A stretch of DNA of 64,000 bases, taken from assembly GCA_977017575.1 (NCBI GenBank), contig CDRNVI010000065.1, positions 310,001 through 374,000 on the forward strand, read 5' to 3'. Of this stretch, positions 39,901 to 48,917 are shown in pieces. Under the pieces are notes generated by a model. That model had not been told where the DNA came from. It saw only the letters and a list, made by a program, of their open reading frames with translations, and searched no databases. This stretch comes from Paramoeba atlantica (lineage: Eukaryota > Protista > Discosea). A program made the translations under genes and the position numbers. The first letter of the stretch is position 1, and each line of letters begins with the position of its first letter.

Positions 39901-42849
39901 TGCGTCAGGTGTCCAGCGCGTGGGGAAGGGTAAGTCAAAATGCGATTGCGCTTTCTTCATGCTTTCCTCCGAAACGGGAAGCGGACGCCCACTTGCAGTC
40001 TGAAACATGAGTGCATCATTGCCGGATACCTCAGCCTTACTCGTAGCAACATTACACGTGTTGCCTGATGCTGCGTCAGGCGTCCAGCGCGTGGGGAAGG
40101 GTAAGTCAAAATGCGATTGCGCTTTCTTCATGCTTTCCTCCGAAACGGGAAGCGGACGCCCACTTGCAGTCTGAAACATGAGTGCATCATTGCCGGATAC
40201 TTCAGCCTTACTCGTAGCAACATTACACGTGTTGCCTGATGCTGCGTCAGGCGTCCAGCTCGTGGGGACGGGTAAGTCAAAATGCGATTGCGCTTTCTTC
40301 ATGCTTTCCTCCGAAACGGGAAGCGGACGCCCACTTGCAGTCTGAAACATGAGTGCATCATTGCCGGATACCTCAGCCTTACTCGTAGCAACATTACACG
40401 TGTTGCCTGATGCTGCGTCAGGCGTCCAGCTCGTGGGGACGGGTAAGTCAAAATGCGATTGCGCTTTCTTCATGCTTTCCTCCGAAACGGGAAGCGGACG
40501 CCCACTTGCAGTCTGAAACATGAGTGCATCATTGCCGGATACCTCAGCCTTACTCGTAGCAACATTACACGTGTTGCCTGATGCTGCGTCAGGCGTCCAG
40601 CGCGTGGGGAAGGGTAAGTCAAAATGCGATTGCGCTTTCTTCATGCTTTCCTCCGAAACGGGAAGCGGACGCCCACTTGCAGTCTGAAACATGAGTGCAT
40701 CATTGCCGGATACCTCAGCCTTACTCGTAGCAACATTACACGTGTTGCCTGATGCTGCGTCAGGCGTCCAGCTCGTGGGGACGGGTAAGTCAAAATGCGA
40801 TTGCGCTTTCTTCATGCTTTCCTCCGAAACGGGAAGCGGACGCCCACTTGCAGTCTGAAACATGAGTGCATCATTGCCGGATACCTCAGCCTTACTCGTA
40901 GCAACATTACACGTGTTGCCTGATGCTGCGTCAGGCGTCCAGCTCGTGGGGACGGGTAAGTCAAAATGCGATTGCGCTTTCTTCATGCTTTCCTCCGAAA
41001 CGGGAAGCGGACGCCCACTTGCAGTCTGAAACATGAGTGCATCATTGCCGGATACCTCAGCCTTACTCGTAGCAACATTACACGTGTTGCCTGATGCTGC
41101 GTCAGGCGTCCAGCGCGTGGGGAAGGGTAAGTCAAAATGCGATTGCGCTTTCTTCATGCTTTCCTCCGAAACGGGAAGCGGACGCCCACTTGCAGTCTGA
41201 AACATGAGTGCATCATTGCCGGATACTTCAGCCTTACTCGTAGCAACATTACACGTGTTGCCTGATGCTGCGTCAGGCGTCCAGCTCGTGGGGACGGGTA
41301 AGTCAAAATGCGATTGCGCTTTCTTCATGCTTTCCTCCGAAACGGGAAGCGGACGCCCACTTGCAGTCTGAAACATGAGTGCATCATTGCCGGATACCTC
41401 AGCCTTACTCGTAGCAACATTACACGTGTTGCCTGATGCTGCGTCAGGCGTCCAGCTCGTGGGGACGGGTAAGTCAAAATGCGATTGCGCTTTCTTCATG
41501 CTTTCCTCCGAAACGGGAAGCGGACGCCCACTTGCAGTCTGAAACATGAGTGCATCATTGCCGGATACCTCAGCCTTACTCGTAGCAACATTACACGTGT
41601 TGCCTGATGCTGCGTCAGGCGTCCAGCGCGTGGGGAAGGGTAAGTCAAAATGCGATTGCGCTTTCTTCATGCTTTCCTCCGAAACGGGAAGCGGACGCCC
41701 ACTTGCAGTCTGAAACATGAGTGCATCATTGCCGGATACCTCAGCCTTACTCGTAGCAACATTACACGTGTTGCCTGATGCTGCGTCAGGCGTCCAGCTC
41801 GTGGGGACGGGTAAGTCAAAATGCGATTGCGCTTTCTTCATGCTTTCCTCCGAAACGGGAAGCGGACGCCCACTTGCAGTCTGAAACATGAGTGCATCAT
41901 TGCCGGATACCTCAGCCTTACTCGTAGCAACATTACACGTGTTGCCTGATGCTGCGTCAGGCGTCCAGCTCGTGGGGACGGGTAAGTCAAAATGCGATTG
42001 CGCTTTCTTCATGCTTTCCTCCGAAACGGGAAGCGGACGCCCACTTGCAGTCTGAAACATGAGTGCATCATTGCCGGATACCTCAGCCTTACTCGTAGCA
42101 ACATTACACGTGTTGCCTGATGCTGCGTCAGGCGTCCAGCGCGTGGGGAAGGGTAAGTCAAAATGCGATTGCGCTTTCTTCATGCTTTCCTCCGAAACGG
42201 GAAGCGGACGCCCACTTGCAGTCTGAAACATGAGTGCATCATTGCCGGATACTTCAGCCTTACTCGTAGCAACATTACACGTGTTGCCTGATGCTGCGTC
42301 AGGCGTCCAGCTCGTGGGGACGGGTAAGTCAAAATGCGATTGCGCTTTCTTCATGCTTTCCTCCGAAACGGGAAGCGGACGCCCACTTGCAGTCTGAAAC
42401 ATGAGTGCATCATTGCCGGATACCTCAGCCTTACTCGTAGCAACATTACACGTGATGCCTGATGCTGCTGTAGAAGATGCCACGGCTTGGGGACTGTGCG
42501 TCGCATGAGTTCGATGCAAGTTTGTCGCAAGTTCGATGGATTTGCGTTGTTTGATTTTGTATTTTGGGTCCGTTCGTTTAGAATGTCGCTTTGACTTGCG
42601 TTTCTTTAATGTTAGTTGTTTTGTGTCTGTGGGTTCTGACGTATCTGCGGACGTTTCGTTTCTCCTGGACGCTGGTGCGGCATTGCGGTTCGGTTTTGTG
42701 AGTGAAGATTGTCTTTGTTTTGGAGAATCGGCTTTGGTGTGCCTGCGAAATCTGCAAATGGAACAGAAGTGCTTTGTTGTGTTGAGGTACGTGCACCGGG
42801 GGCAGGACCATTTTGTCAACCTACGCTTGTTGGTCGTGGTGGATTTCAT
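36982..42849 (-). CDS. BRCA2: BRCA2 homolog with 21 BRC repeats
   Basis: Repeated FQTASGRPLPVSEESMKKAQSHF (BRC FxxA module); C-terminal helical/OB region with LLTDGWY; N-terminal Cys4 finger. Confidence 0.9.
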   Translation of the reverse strand: MKSTTTNKRRLTKWSCPRCTYLNTTKHFCSICRFRRHTKADSPKQRQSSLTKPNRNAAPASRRNETSADTSEPTDTKQLTLKKRKSKRHSKRTDPKYKIKQRKSIELATNLHRTHATHSPQAVASSTAASGITCNVATSKAEVSGNDALMFQTASGRPLPVSEESMKKAQSHFDLPVPTSWTPDAASGNTCNVATSKAEVSGNDALMFQTASGRPLPVSEESMKKAQSHFDLPFPTRWTPDAASGNTCNVATSKAEVSGNDALMFQTASGRPLPVSEESMKKAQSHFDLPVPTSWTPDAASGNTCNVATSKAEVSGNDALMFQTASGRPLPVSEESMKKAQSHFDLPVPTSWTPDAASGNTCNVATSKAEVSGNDALMFQTASGRPLPVSEESMKKAQSHFDLPFPTRWTPDAASGNTCNVATSKAEVSGNDALMFQTASGRPLPVSEESMKKAQSHFDLPVPTSWTPDAASGNTCNVATSKAEVSGNDALMFQTASGRPLPVSEESMKKAQSHFDLPVPTSWTPDAASGNTCNVATSKAEVSGNDALMFQTASGRPLPVSEESMKKAQSHFDLPFPTRWTPDAASGNTCNVATSKAEVSGNDALMFQTASGRPLPVSEESMKKAQSHFDLPVPTSWTPDAASGNTCNVATSKAEVSGNDALMFQTASGRPLPVSEESMKKAQSHFDLPVPTSWTPDAASGNTCNVATSKAEVSGNDALMFQTASGRPLPVSEESMKKAQSHFDLPFPTRWTPDAASGNTCNVATSKAEVSGNDALMFQTASGRPLPVSEESMKKAQSHFDLPVPTSWTPDAASGNTCNVATSKAEVSGNDALMFQTASGRPLPVSEESMKKAQSHFDLPVPTSWTPDAASGNTCNVATSKAEVSGNDALMFQTASGRPLPVSEESMKKAQSHFDLPFPTRWTPDAASGNTCNVATSKAEVSGNDALMFQTASGRPLPVSEESMKKAQSHFDLPFPTRWTPDAASGNTCNVATSKAEVSGNDALMFQTASGRPLPVSEESMKKAQSHFDLPVPTSWTPDAASGNTCNVATSKAEVSGNDALMFQTASGRPLPVSEESMKKAQSHFDLPVPTSWTPDAASGNTCNVATSKAEVSGNDALMFQTASGRPLPVSEESMKKAQSHFDLPVPTSWTPDAASGNTCNVATSKAEVSGNDALMFQTASGRPLPVSEESMKKAQSHFDLPVPTSWTPDAASGNTCNVATSKAEVSGNDALMFQTASGRPLPVSEESMKKAQSHFDLPVPTSWTPDAASGNTCNVATSKAEVSGNDALMFQTASGRPLPVSEESMKKAQSHFDLPVPTSWTPDAASCNTCNVATSSMYVLFVNDALKGDGALKFCTTLMLDVLSDDISAMLGGSLPLFKSACVRCESLIMYAGVDCKKWVYHHLLCSIMIQRLPCLKLDMLCSNLFERHRLERDCEHRSPFFLFYEGLECSEATLVLQLIGYDGGDNWLLTDGWYCAIVHVDDVLNRYWKSLYIAADESSVKAFKKGAIVTKFIVKGLERKTTCHFSHPLVKENQNLIELSVKHNNVLPAISGEPLGWYSHCSITSFSLPLRTLASVNRDGGRISSLRIAVLRRYPVYFRISSVLYEPRTSDNRPSIKITNSLNSSAIQRMLQSAGGDMTNMRIHAILTYLVQDCACFLSTDFEQKQCTKHTTAQSRDSVMKFFCSQACALLSIEVPLHINPRKPSNDKASQSSEKFLSQEVLSPAPTSPLGDIDSLHRTWENFEFTEGTILRAHNLLPSRNQRVHFRPELSYAQCSALTGNPRRCALRDVTRDFSASYAMQNSFSKVDKESPLVAVLEDIIQSSAMDGGSPINLDCDLDSGNEIDFRNLAYTSGSAESRYAHFKVDISESRYTPNQESGSPARTLVVELSWDDDTVVSSRFFSRSLRFVQGLVAGKHYHLKNVVYVSRRVAPASHAVVYTVRANELTELLKCR
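38841..42468 (-). repeat. Coding tandem array: 21 x 171 bp (57 aa) BRC repeats
   Basis: Period of 171 bp (e.g. 39018 to 39189); first and last BRC cores are 3420 bp = 20 periods apart. Confidence 0.95.
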
Positions 42850-43346
42850 TCATTCTGTAGAAAATAGGTTAGCGAACTTACACTGTATATTACGGTACAT
42901 TTTCTTGGTATGGTAATACATTGTACAATCCTTATAGGATAACAATCCCCCTTTCACTTCTAGTAAAAATTCAGTCATTGTACTGTACAACGTCTTTCGA
43001 AGTGGCTGAAGAGACATTCAGGCAGAGGGTTCAGTTCCCATTCATGGAGTTTAGTGCTACATTGGAACTGTATACAGTGGAGCTGTATATTATTCAATGG
43101 AAGCCGCACAAGACTAAATTACGTTGCCCCAGGTGATGCAATCGACGAAGCACAAACAGCTTTCGACGATCTTGCGGTATGCTTCCATGACGAAAACGAA
43201 GGCTCTAGCACTGGGCAGTCAGAGAATTTTGCGCATTATAACACACGTAGAGCTGCTGGGCGTCCGGATGGTTGAGCTGCTGGGCGTCCGATGACATAAA
43301 CATGTGTCTATCTAATCCATTCTGCTTCACGTGAAAAAGGCGCAGA

Positions 43347-44156
43347 CTACACTCCACAACAGCGCGGACAGAGCCACTCTGTCGATGGCCGACGCAAATC
43401 GAATTGAAGGGAAAGGCTATTGACGCCCGCACAAATCCCGTGTGCGTGTTTTCCACAACCGTGACAAACAATGTAATATGGATGTTGCTGAAAATCCACC
43501 TCAGTGGAAGGTTGAGTATTTTTCTTACTAGCTTTGGATTTCTTTGTGTGCTGGCGTAACTCATCTTGGTGTTCGGATTCTACTTCTCTTTTTATTACAG
43601 GATTCTCAGACTTTCCGCAGATTTCACAAATATGTTTTGGTAGAGCGCTCTGTACCTTTATGTCAGTGTAGCACTCGAAACATATCCACTTCCCTTCGTT
43701 GTGAGGTGGAAACATGTTTTTCGCATGATTATCAGAGTTTATGCCGACACAAGCTGCGTGAAAGAGGTCACCACATTGGGCGCATCGAATGTAAGAACCA
43801 TCCTTACTGCGCTTCACAGCTGCCGAGTTCACATCAAGCTTTCCACAGTAGCATTTTCTCGACGGGGGGACAATGTTTTCCGAGGTATCCAATTCTTTGT
43901 TCTCTACTTCAGACGTATTTTTCAGATTGCTTTCACTCAACGTGTCCATGTTAACTTTCTCAATAGATTCTTCGTTTATACAGTTTGTAGAAGCGCTTTT
44001 CTTATTCGTATTCACAGAAATAGTAGATTCTGGTTGCTCAGATTTAGAGTACGCCATACCCATGTAATAGTAATCAAACTTCAAGTCAAGTTCAAATAAA
44101 AACTGAAATGAGTCGCAACAAAATATGTGTGACGTATTGCGTAGATTCATAAACAT
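43347..44156 (-). CDS. Double PHD-finger protein
   Basis: CYC..YIRCAQCGDLFHAACV..WICFEC and CEIC..YIVCHGCGKHAHGICAG..WLCPRC (C4HC3). Confidence 0.85.
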   Translation of the reverse strand: MFMNLRNTSHIFCCDSFQFLFELDLKFDYYYMGMAYSKSEQPESTISVNTNKKSASTNCINEESIEKVNMDTLSESNLKNTSEVENKELDTSENIVPPSRKCYCGKLDVNSAAVKRSKDGSYIRCAQCGDLFHAACVGINSDNHAKNMFPPHNEGKWICFECYTDIKVQSALPKHICEICGKSENPVIKREVESEHQDELRQHTKKSKASKKNTQPSTEVDFQQHPYYIVCHGCGKHAHGICAGVNSLSLQFDLRRPSTEWLCPRCCGV

Positions 44157-44342
44157 TTTTTAACAACTTATACACACCGATTATTTCGTCACACAATACA
44201 CATTCCTTTTCTTTCCCCTCAAGCTGGCCTGCAGAGTGCATCTACGCATAGAGAACCTCCCGGCCGTAAAAGCCTTACAAAAATACTTCGATGTTTCCCA
44301 CAAATGAAATACATGTAGATTGAAAAAAATGTCTCATTCACA

Positions 44343-45359
44343 CTACAATTTTTGACGCATAAGCTTTATGAACGGCTCACACACGGAACGCCAATGTGTT
44401 GCGGAATGTCGATCCAAACCTTTACTTTTTCCAGATTCGTACCACCCCATCACTGCACTCTCGTTCACAATACCTCTTTCCATTAATTCAAACAAAAAAA
44501 TTGGGAATTTGTCTTGCATACATACCTTGTTTTCTTGTGCAAAACGCTCTGCCTCTTCCACCACCACAGAATATAAATCCTTGTTCACAAATCGCTTCAG
44601 GATAGGCGTGAGCTGACGGATTTGCATACACGCATGTTCAGCATCGATACCCCCACGAAAACACGCACGAAACACCAACCGGGCCAAATCCTTTTCCTGC
44701 ATCCCGTATTCCTGTTTCAAATCAAATACCTTGTCCACCACCGCGCTCTCCCCCACCCCTGCGCGAATCAGCTCGGTTAACTCCACCACCGGGTCCCCAC
44801 CCACATTTTCTATCGTCTCCTCCTGTAACTCCCCCTGGTCATGCCCGGCGGCTCGCCGTGTACTCCGCTCCCACTTCGCCTCCTGTTTCTGGTCCTTACT
44901 GGGCTGCGCGGCTCGGGTATCCTTCTCGTGCCGCATAATCGCGGCCATCACTTTTTCACTCACCGTGAGGTCCGAGCCGCGGGAGCAGGCCTTGCAGGTC
45001 ATCTGGAGTCTTCCCTTCTCCGCTGTGGTGTAGACCGTCTCGGGGTTACGGCAGTGTTTGCACAACACCCCGCGACGGATAAACTCGTAGAGCCGGTTTT
45101 GGAGTTTGTACGCATCCGCCTTGATGTGATCCCCGGCCAGGGACCAGCGATCGTTCTCGAGTTTCATCGCGACCCCGAGATCGGTGCTCATGGATTTGAT
45201 GAGGTACTCCGCGGGACGGTGGATGGAATCGGCGACGTCGCGGATGTTCAGCACGACGGTTTTGATGCCGTTGCCCCGGCCCTCGACTTTGCACAGCAGT
45301 GCGGGCATTTTGTACCGGTAGAAGGAGTCCTCGCGACGTTCTGGGTCAATGTTGATCAT
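44343..45359 (-). CDS. EIF5: Translation initiation factor eIF5, copy 1
   Basis: DSFYRYKMP..KVEGRGNGIKTVVLN, LCKHCRNPET..CKAC zinc ribbon, C-terminal W2 domain. Confidence 0.95.
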   Translation of the reverse strand: MINIDPERREDSFYRYKMPALLCKVEGRGNGIKTVVLNIRDVADSIHRPAEYLIKSMSTDLGVAMKLENDRWSLAGDHIKADAYKLQNRLYEFIRRGVLCKHCRNPETVYTTAEKGRLQMTCKACSRGSDLTVSEKVMAAIMRHEKDTRAAQPSKDQKQEAKWERSTRRAAGHDQGELQEETIENVGGDPVVELTELIRAGVGESAVVDKVFDLKQEYGMQEKDLARLVFRACFRGGIDAEHACMQIRQLTPILKRFVNKDLYSVVVEEAERFAQENKVCMQDKFPIFLFELMERGIVNESAVMGWYESGKSKGLDRHSATHWRSVCEPFIKLMRQKL

Positions 45360-45846
45360 GGAATGGGTTGGTTTTAAGAAAGAAAAAGTTCACTATTCGT
45401 TAAAAAGATGTGAATTGTCATGTGATATCGTGTGAGAATAAACCAGGCCAGTCGAAGGGCATTGTATCCAATTCCTAAACTATTTGTTCACTAGATTTAC
45501 TACTCTACTTTCAGTATACACTGAAACTCAGTATACACTGAAACTGGAGTATAATACTCCATTCTTAGAATTTGTATCTAAAGGATTAGCCTGGTAAACG
45601 GAACCCGACACATTTTGAGCGCGGCAAGCCTCATACTTCTTCTTCCGCTGTTACGCTCGCCAATAAACTGGCTACCCGGACTGCTGACCAAACAAAATGG
45701 ACCTCAATTGCGGACGAATCATGGGTAGATTCAGAAATCAATCCTCGATACATCGGTCACGAAGTGCAGTGTTCCGTTTTCGAAAGACAGAAAATTGATT
45801 TGGTCATAACTGATGCTTGCCACGGTATGTCAGACACTCCACTTTG

Positions 45847-46737
45847 CTACACGTCATTCATCCGCGCAATAGCGGCCAACCCTGCCTTGCTCACCATAGT
45901 CCTCCTTTCCTGCACCGAAGGAGCCGCTGTGGATTTCCTCACCGCTCTCGACACTGCCGTTGCGGGCGATTTCCTAAACCGTGACACCACCGGTTTCACC
46001 TCTGCCGTGCCAACCATTCGTCCCCTTTTTCGAACGTTGCCTTCATGAGCTGCTTTTGACGTACGCCTTTCCTTTACTGTACTCTCCCCGCACCCACAGG
46101 AGGCCTCCATCTGGTGTGTCTCAAAAAGCGAGCCTAGTCTACGCCCGGTTCCCGCAAACGGGTGGGATGTGATCGTCTTGTTTGCTAATCCTCCAGGGCC
46201 GCTCTGTTCGTTCGCGGGCCCTAGCCCGAGACTTGGATACGCGGAGGAATGAAACGGGTTGCGCTCCCAGTGCCCCTCTACGAACGAGCACCAGGAATGG
46301 TAGAGACGGCGGAACTCCGCATTATGCGGACCGACGCGGTTGTGCACGAGTTCATGAACCATGGTGCTCACTAAGGCGGGGAGAGGAAGAAAGGTGGAGC
46401 CAGAGAGCCCATCTGGGACTTTATTTTTTTCAGCACTTTTTTCAAATGTGGTTTGGGTACGACGGGAATGGGGTGAGCCCTTGGGTGGTCTCCGTCGGCT
46501 AGGTGTGGGGGTGCGTAGACGAACACGAATCGTTTCGCCATGGTTGTAATTGATACCGAGTAAGCATTGGTTTGCGGGTGAAAATTCATGTAACGCCCCG
46601 ACGTGTAGGGATTCGGTACGCATGAGAGGGCGGACAAGATCCAGAATGGTTTGGAGTAAGGCGGTGGCGTGCTCTCGGTGAGGGAGTGCAAGGGTTTGGA
46701 GAGAAACAATGTCGACCGCGTTGATTGCTGGAGACAT
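45847..46737 (-). CDS. WLM-domain (Wss1-like) metalloprotease, copy 1
   Basis: LGINYNHGETIRVRLR, TMVHELVHNRVGPHNAEF (HExxH), SHP box FAGTGRRLG, VIM-like AGLAAIARM. Confidence 0.88.
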   Translation of the reverse strand: MSPAINAVDIVSLQTLALPHREHATALLQTILDLVRPLMRTESLHVGALHEFSPANQCLLGINYNHGETIRVRLRTPTPSRRRPPKGSPHSRRTQTTFEKSAEKNKVPDGLSGSTFLPLPALVSTMVHELVHNRVGPHNAEFRRLYHSWCSFVEGHWERNPFHSSAYPSLGLGPANEQSGPGGLANKTITSHPFAGTGRRLGSLFETHQMEASCGCGESTVKERRTSKAAHEGNVRKRGRMVGTAEVKPVVSRFRKSPATAVSRAVRKSTAAPSVQERRTMVSKAGLAAIARMNDV

Positions 46738-46897
46738 TGGTCCAAGAGTAGAAAGTAGGAGATGCTTGAAAATTGGAGGTCACTAAGATACAGCAGGTGA
46801 TGGTTACAGTAAATCCCCCTGCGCGCAATAGCTCCATCACTTAGTGGTTACGAATCACTTATTAGTTTCATAAGGTAATTAATTCGAAAAAAAACTT

Positions 46898-48455
46898 GTT
46901 GTTTTTCAACGTAGAAGTCACGACCGCTTCGCGTTGAAAACTACCTCCGCGTTTAACGGAGCGACTAGAAAAGACGGCTTGGCCAGGAAAACAGAACTCT
47001 GCTTTATGACGACTCCTCCGGCTCCTCTCTTGAATCATGTGATTCAGAAGATTCCGAGGGATAAGCAAGTAAGTCAGGTATCGCCAAAATTCTACTTTGT
47101 GGAAGAGGCTGGTCAAGATCTTAGGTCGGTTCTTGAACAAAACCCATTGTTTGCTCCGCGGCGTTCCACAATGCATGTAAGATTGCATGCGAAAATTTAC
47201 CAAAGTATGTATCGTACCCCTGTATTTGATCACCACAAGGATGACCTTTTTTTGGCTGATTTAGGGTACATTGGTTGTGCACACTGCCTTGTACCCTACC
47301 GTGATCTGACCAAGTCGCAAAAGCATCTCAACCAAAGCATTTCATTTATTCGGTCTCCAATCAAAGCGATGTTTTGCTCATTTTGACAGGTTTCGTTTTT
47401 TTATGGTACTGACCATGATATCCCTTGGGTCCGAGATGTCCTTCAAATTGGATCTGTAGTAACGTATAGCCTGCTGACTAACAAGCCGCAGTGTTTAAAA
47501 CCTAAAAGTGATGAGGATGAGTGCTTATGTACTAAAGAATGCGGTGTAGTTGGGTGTACAAAAGCTCGCAGAGACTGGCTTAAGGAGCGTATCCATAACG
47601 TGGCGTACGACTCAAAAAAAACGGGTACTGTGACCCCCCCTTTACTTCGCCCGTTTTGATCAGTAGCGAAGTATAAAGGCGGGGGGTGTACAATATCGCC
47701 AAAAATGTGTTCGGAAGCTAATAAACCCCGCCCAACGAATAAGGGGCTTAATTGCGGTGGTTGTATAACTACCGCTCTACCCTCGATTATTGAAAAAAAA
47801 GTGAACAAAAACAGTGAAAATAAAGGGGAACACAGTAATATAATAGAAGAAAAAAATATAAAAGGGGACCCGGTGGTCCAAAACTGAAAAAAAAAATTCA
47901 AAAAAATGGGGGGTCCATGGGGGGGTCCATGGGGGGGGTCCATGGGGGGGGCATACGTCGCGATTTTTTTTCGAATTTTTTGCTTTTCGAAATCGAGCGT
48001 AGGGAAGTGGTAGAGTATACCGCAGCGATAATTTTCCACCCCCCCTGGGGGTACCCCCACTGGTACGCGCGGGAGGGATCCGACAAGATCAAAATTTCCG
48101 AAATTTTTGGGGTGACCAAAAAAGATTTTTTTTAGACCCAAAAAAAAATAAAAATCTTATTTTTCCAAAATCGACTCCTAAAACGTGTTTTAGGAGTTTG
48201 GGACTTCAGCTACCATTCTGCGACGTTTTTTGCGTCACATTCGCCTCCTACCCCTACTGGTAAGGCATCCAAAACGGCCCAAATTTGGGTTAAATTTTCA
48301 CATTTTTTTTTGCCGAAAAATCGAGGTTTTTACCCCCAAAAAATAGATTATGCATGATCTTTTCGCGATTTTTCTTTTTTAGGCTCTTCGTTAAACGCGG
48401 CGGTAGTTTTCAACGCGAAGCGCGCAGCATGAGTGACTTCTAAGTTGAAAACAAC
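46898..48455. mobile_element. Inverted-repeat-bounded non-autonomous element (46898-46958 / 48389-48455); copy at 57427-58984
   Basis: gttgtttttcaacgtagaagtcac..cgcttcgcgttgaaaactacctccgcgtttaacg is mirrored at 48389-48455. Confidence 0.65.
47183..47386 (+). pseudogene. PIF/Harbinger-like (DDE_Tnp_4) transposase C-terminal fragment; copy at 57712-57915
   Basis: LHAKIYQS..LFLADLGYIGCAHCLVPYRDLTKSQKHLNQSISFIRSPIKAMF matches HD..IF..S / LADxGY / PY / N..IS..R..IE..F. Confidence 0.65.
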
Positions 48456-48917
48456 TACCGCGTTTAACGAAGAGCCTAATTAATAAGGGGCTTTATAAGG
48501 GGCTGCGGGTGGCGAGGTTTCACCCGCAGCCCCTCATATGAATATTTAGAACGTCCTTGTTTCGTTTTTGGAAAAATTAAAACCGCCCCCCCCCTCGGGG
48601 GGGGGGGAGCACACGGAAAAACTTAGCAGGTTTCAACCCTCTAAGTAATGTCCCCCCGTTTAAGCGCACCTCGTTTTCCGGTGAAAAATGCGCTTAAAAG
48701 GGGGGGGTCTGAATCACTATATAATCAAAAAATTCGCCCCACTTCGCGGCGCCGGAATCTGCACCTTGACTCTATGTGCGCTTAAGCGGGGGGGTCTGAC
48801 CGGGAGCGCGTAAGGGGAGGGGGGGAGTAAGTATAAAGGGGGGTCTGACCAGAGAAGTATAAAGAGGGGGTCACAGTAAGTAAGCGCTCGCATTATCTGG
48901 TGGCGTTTCGGGGTGGT

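Noticed and set aside
38841-42468. CRISPR-like or satellite array
   Set aside because: There are no unique spacers; the 171-bp unit is in frame within BRCA2 and encodes BRC repeats.
26082-46737. Functional DNA-repair gene cluster (PolA x2, BRCA2, Wss1)
   Set aside because: Kinetoplastid gene clusters are generally not functionally grouped, and unrelated genes (CTL, RPL18, eIF5) are interspersed.
47443-48141. 232-aa minus-strand ORF (and copy at 57972-58670)
   Set aside because: Translates low-complexity homopolymer and repeat DNA of the TE island (PPMDPPHGPP, poly-F); no protein-like signal.
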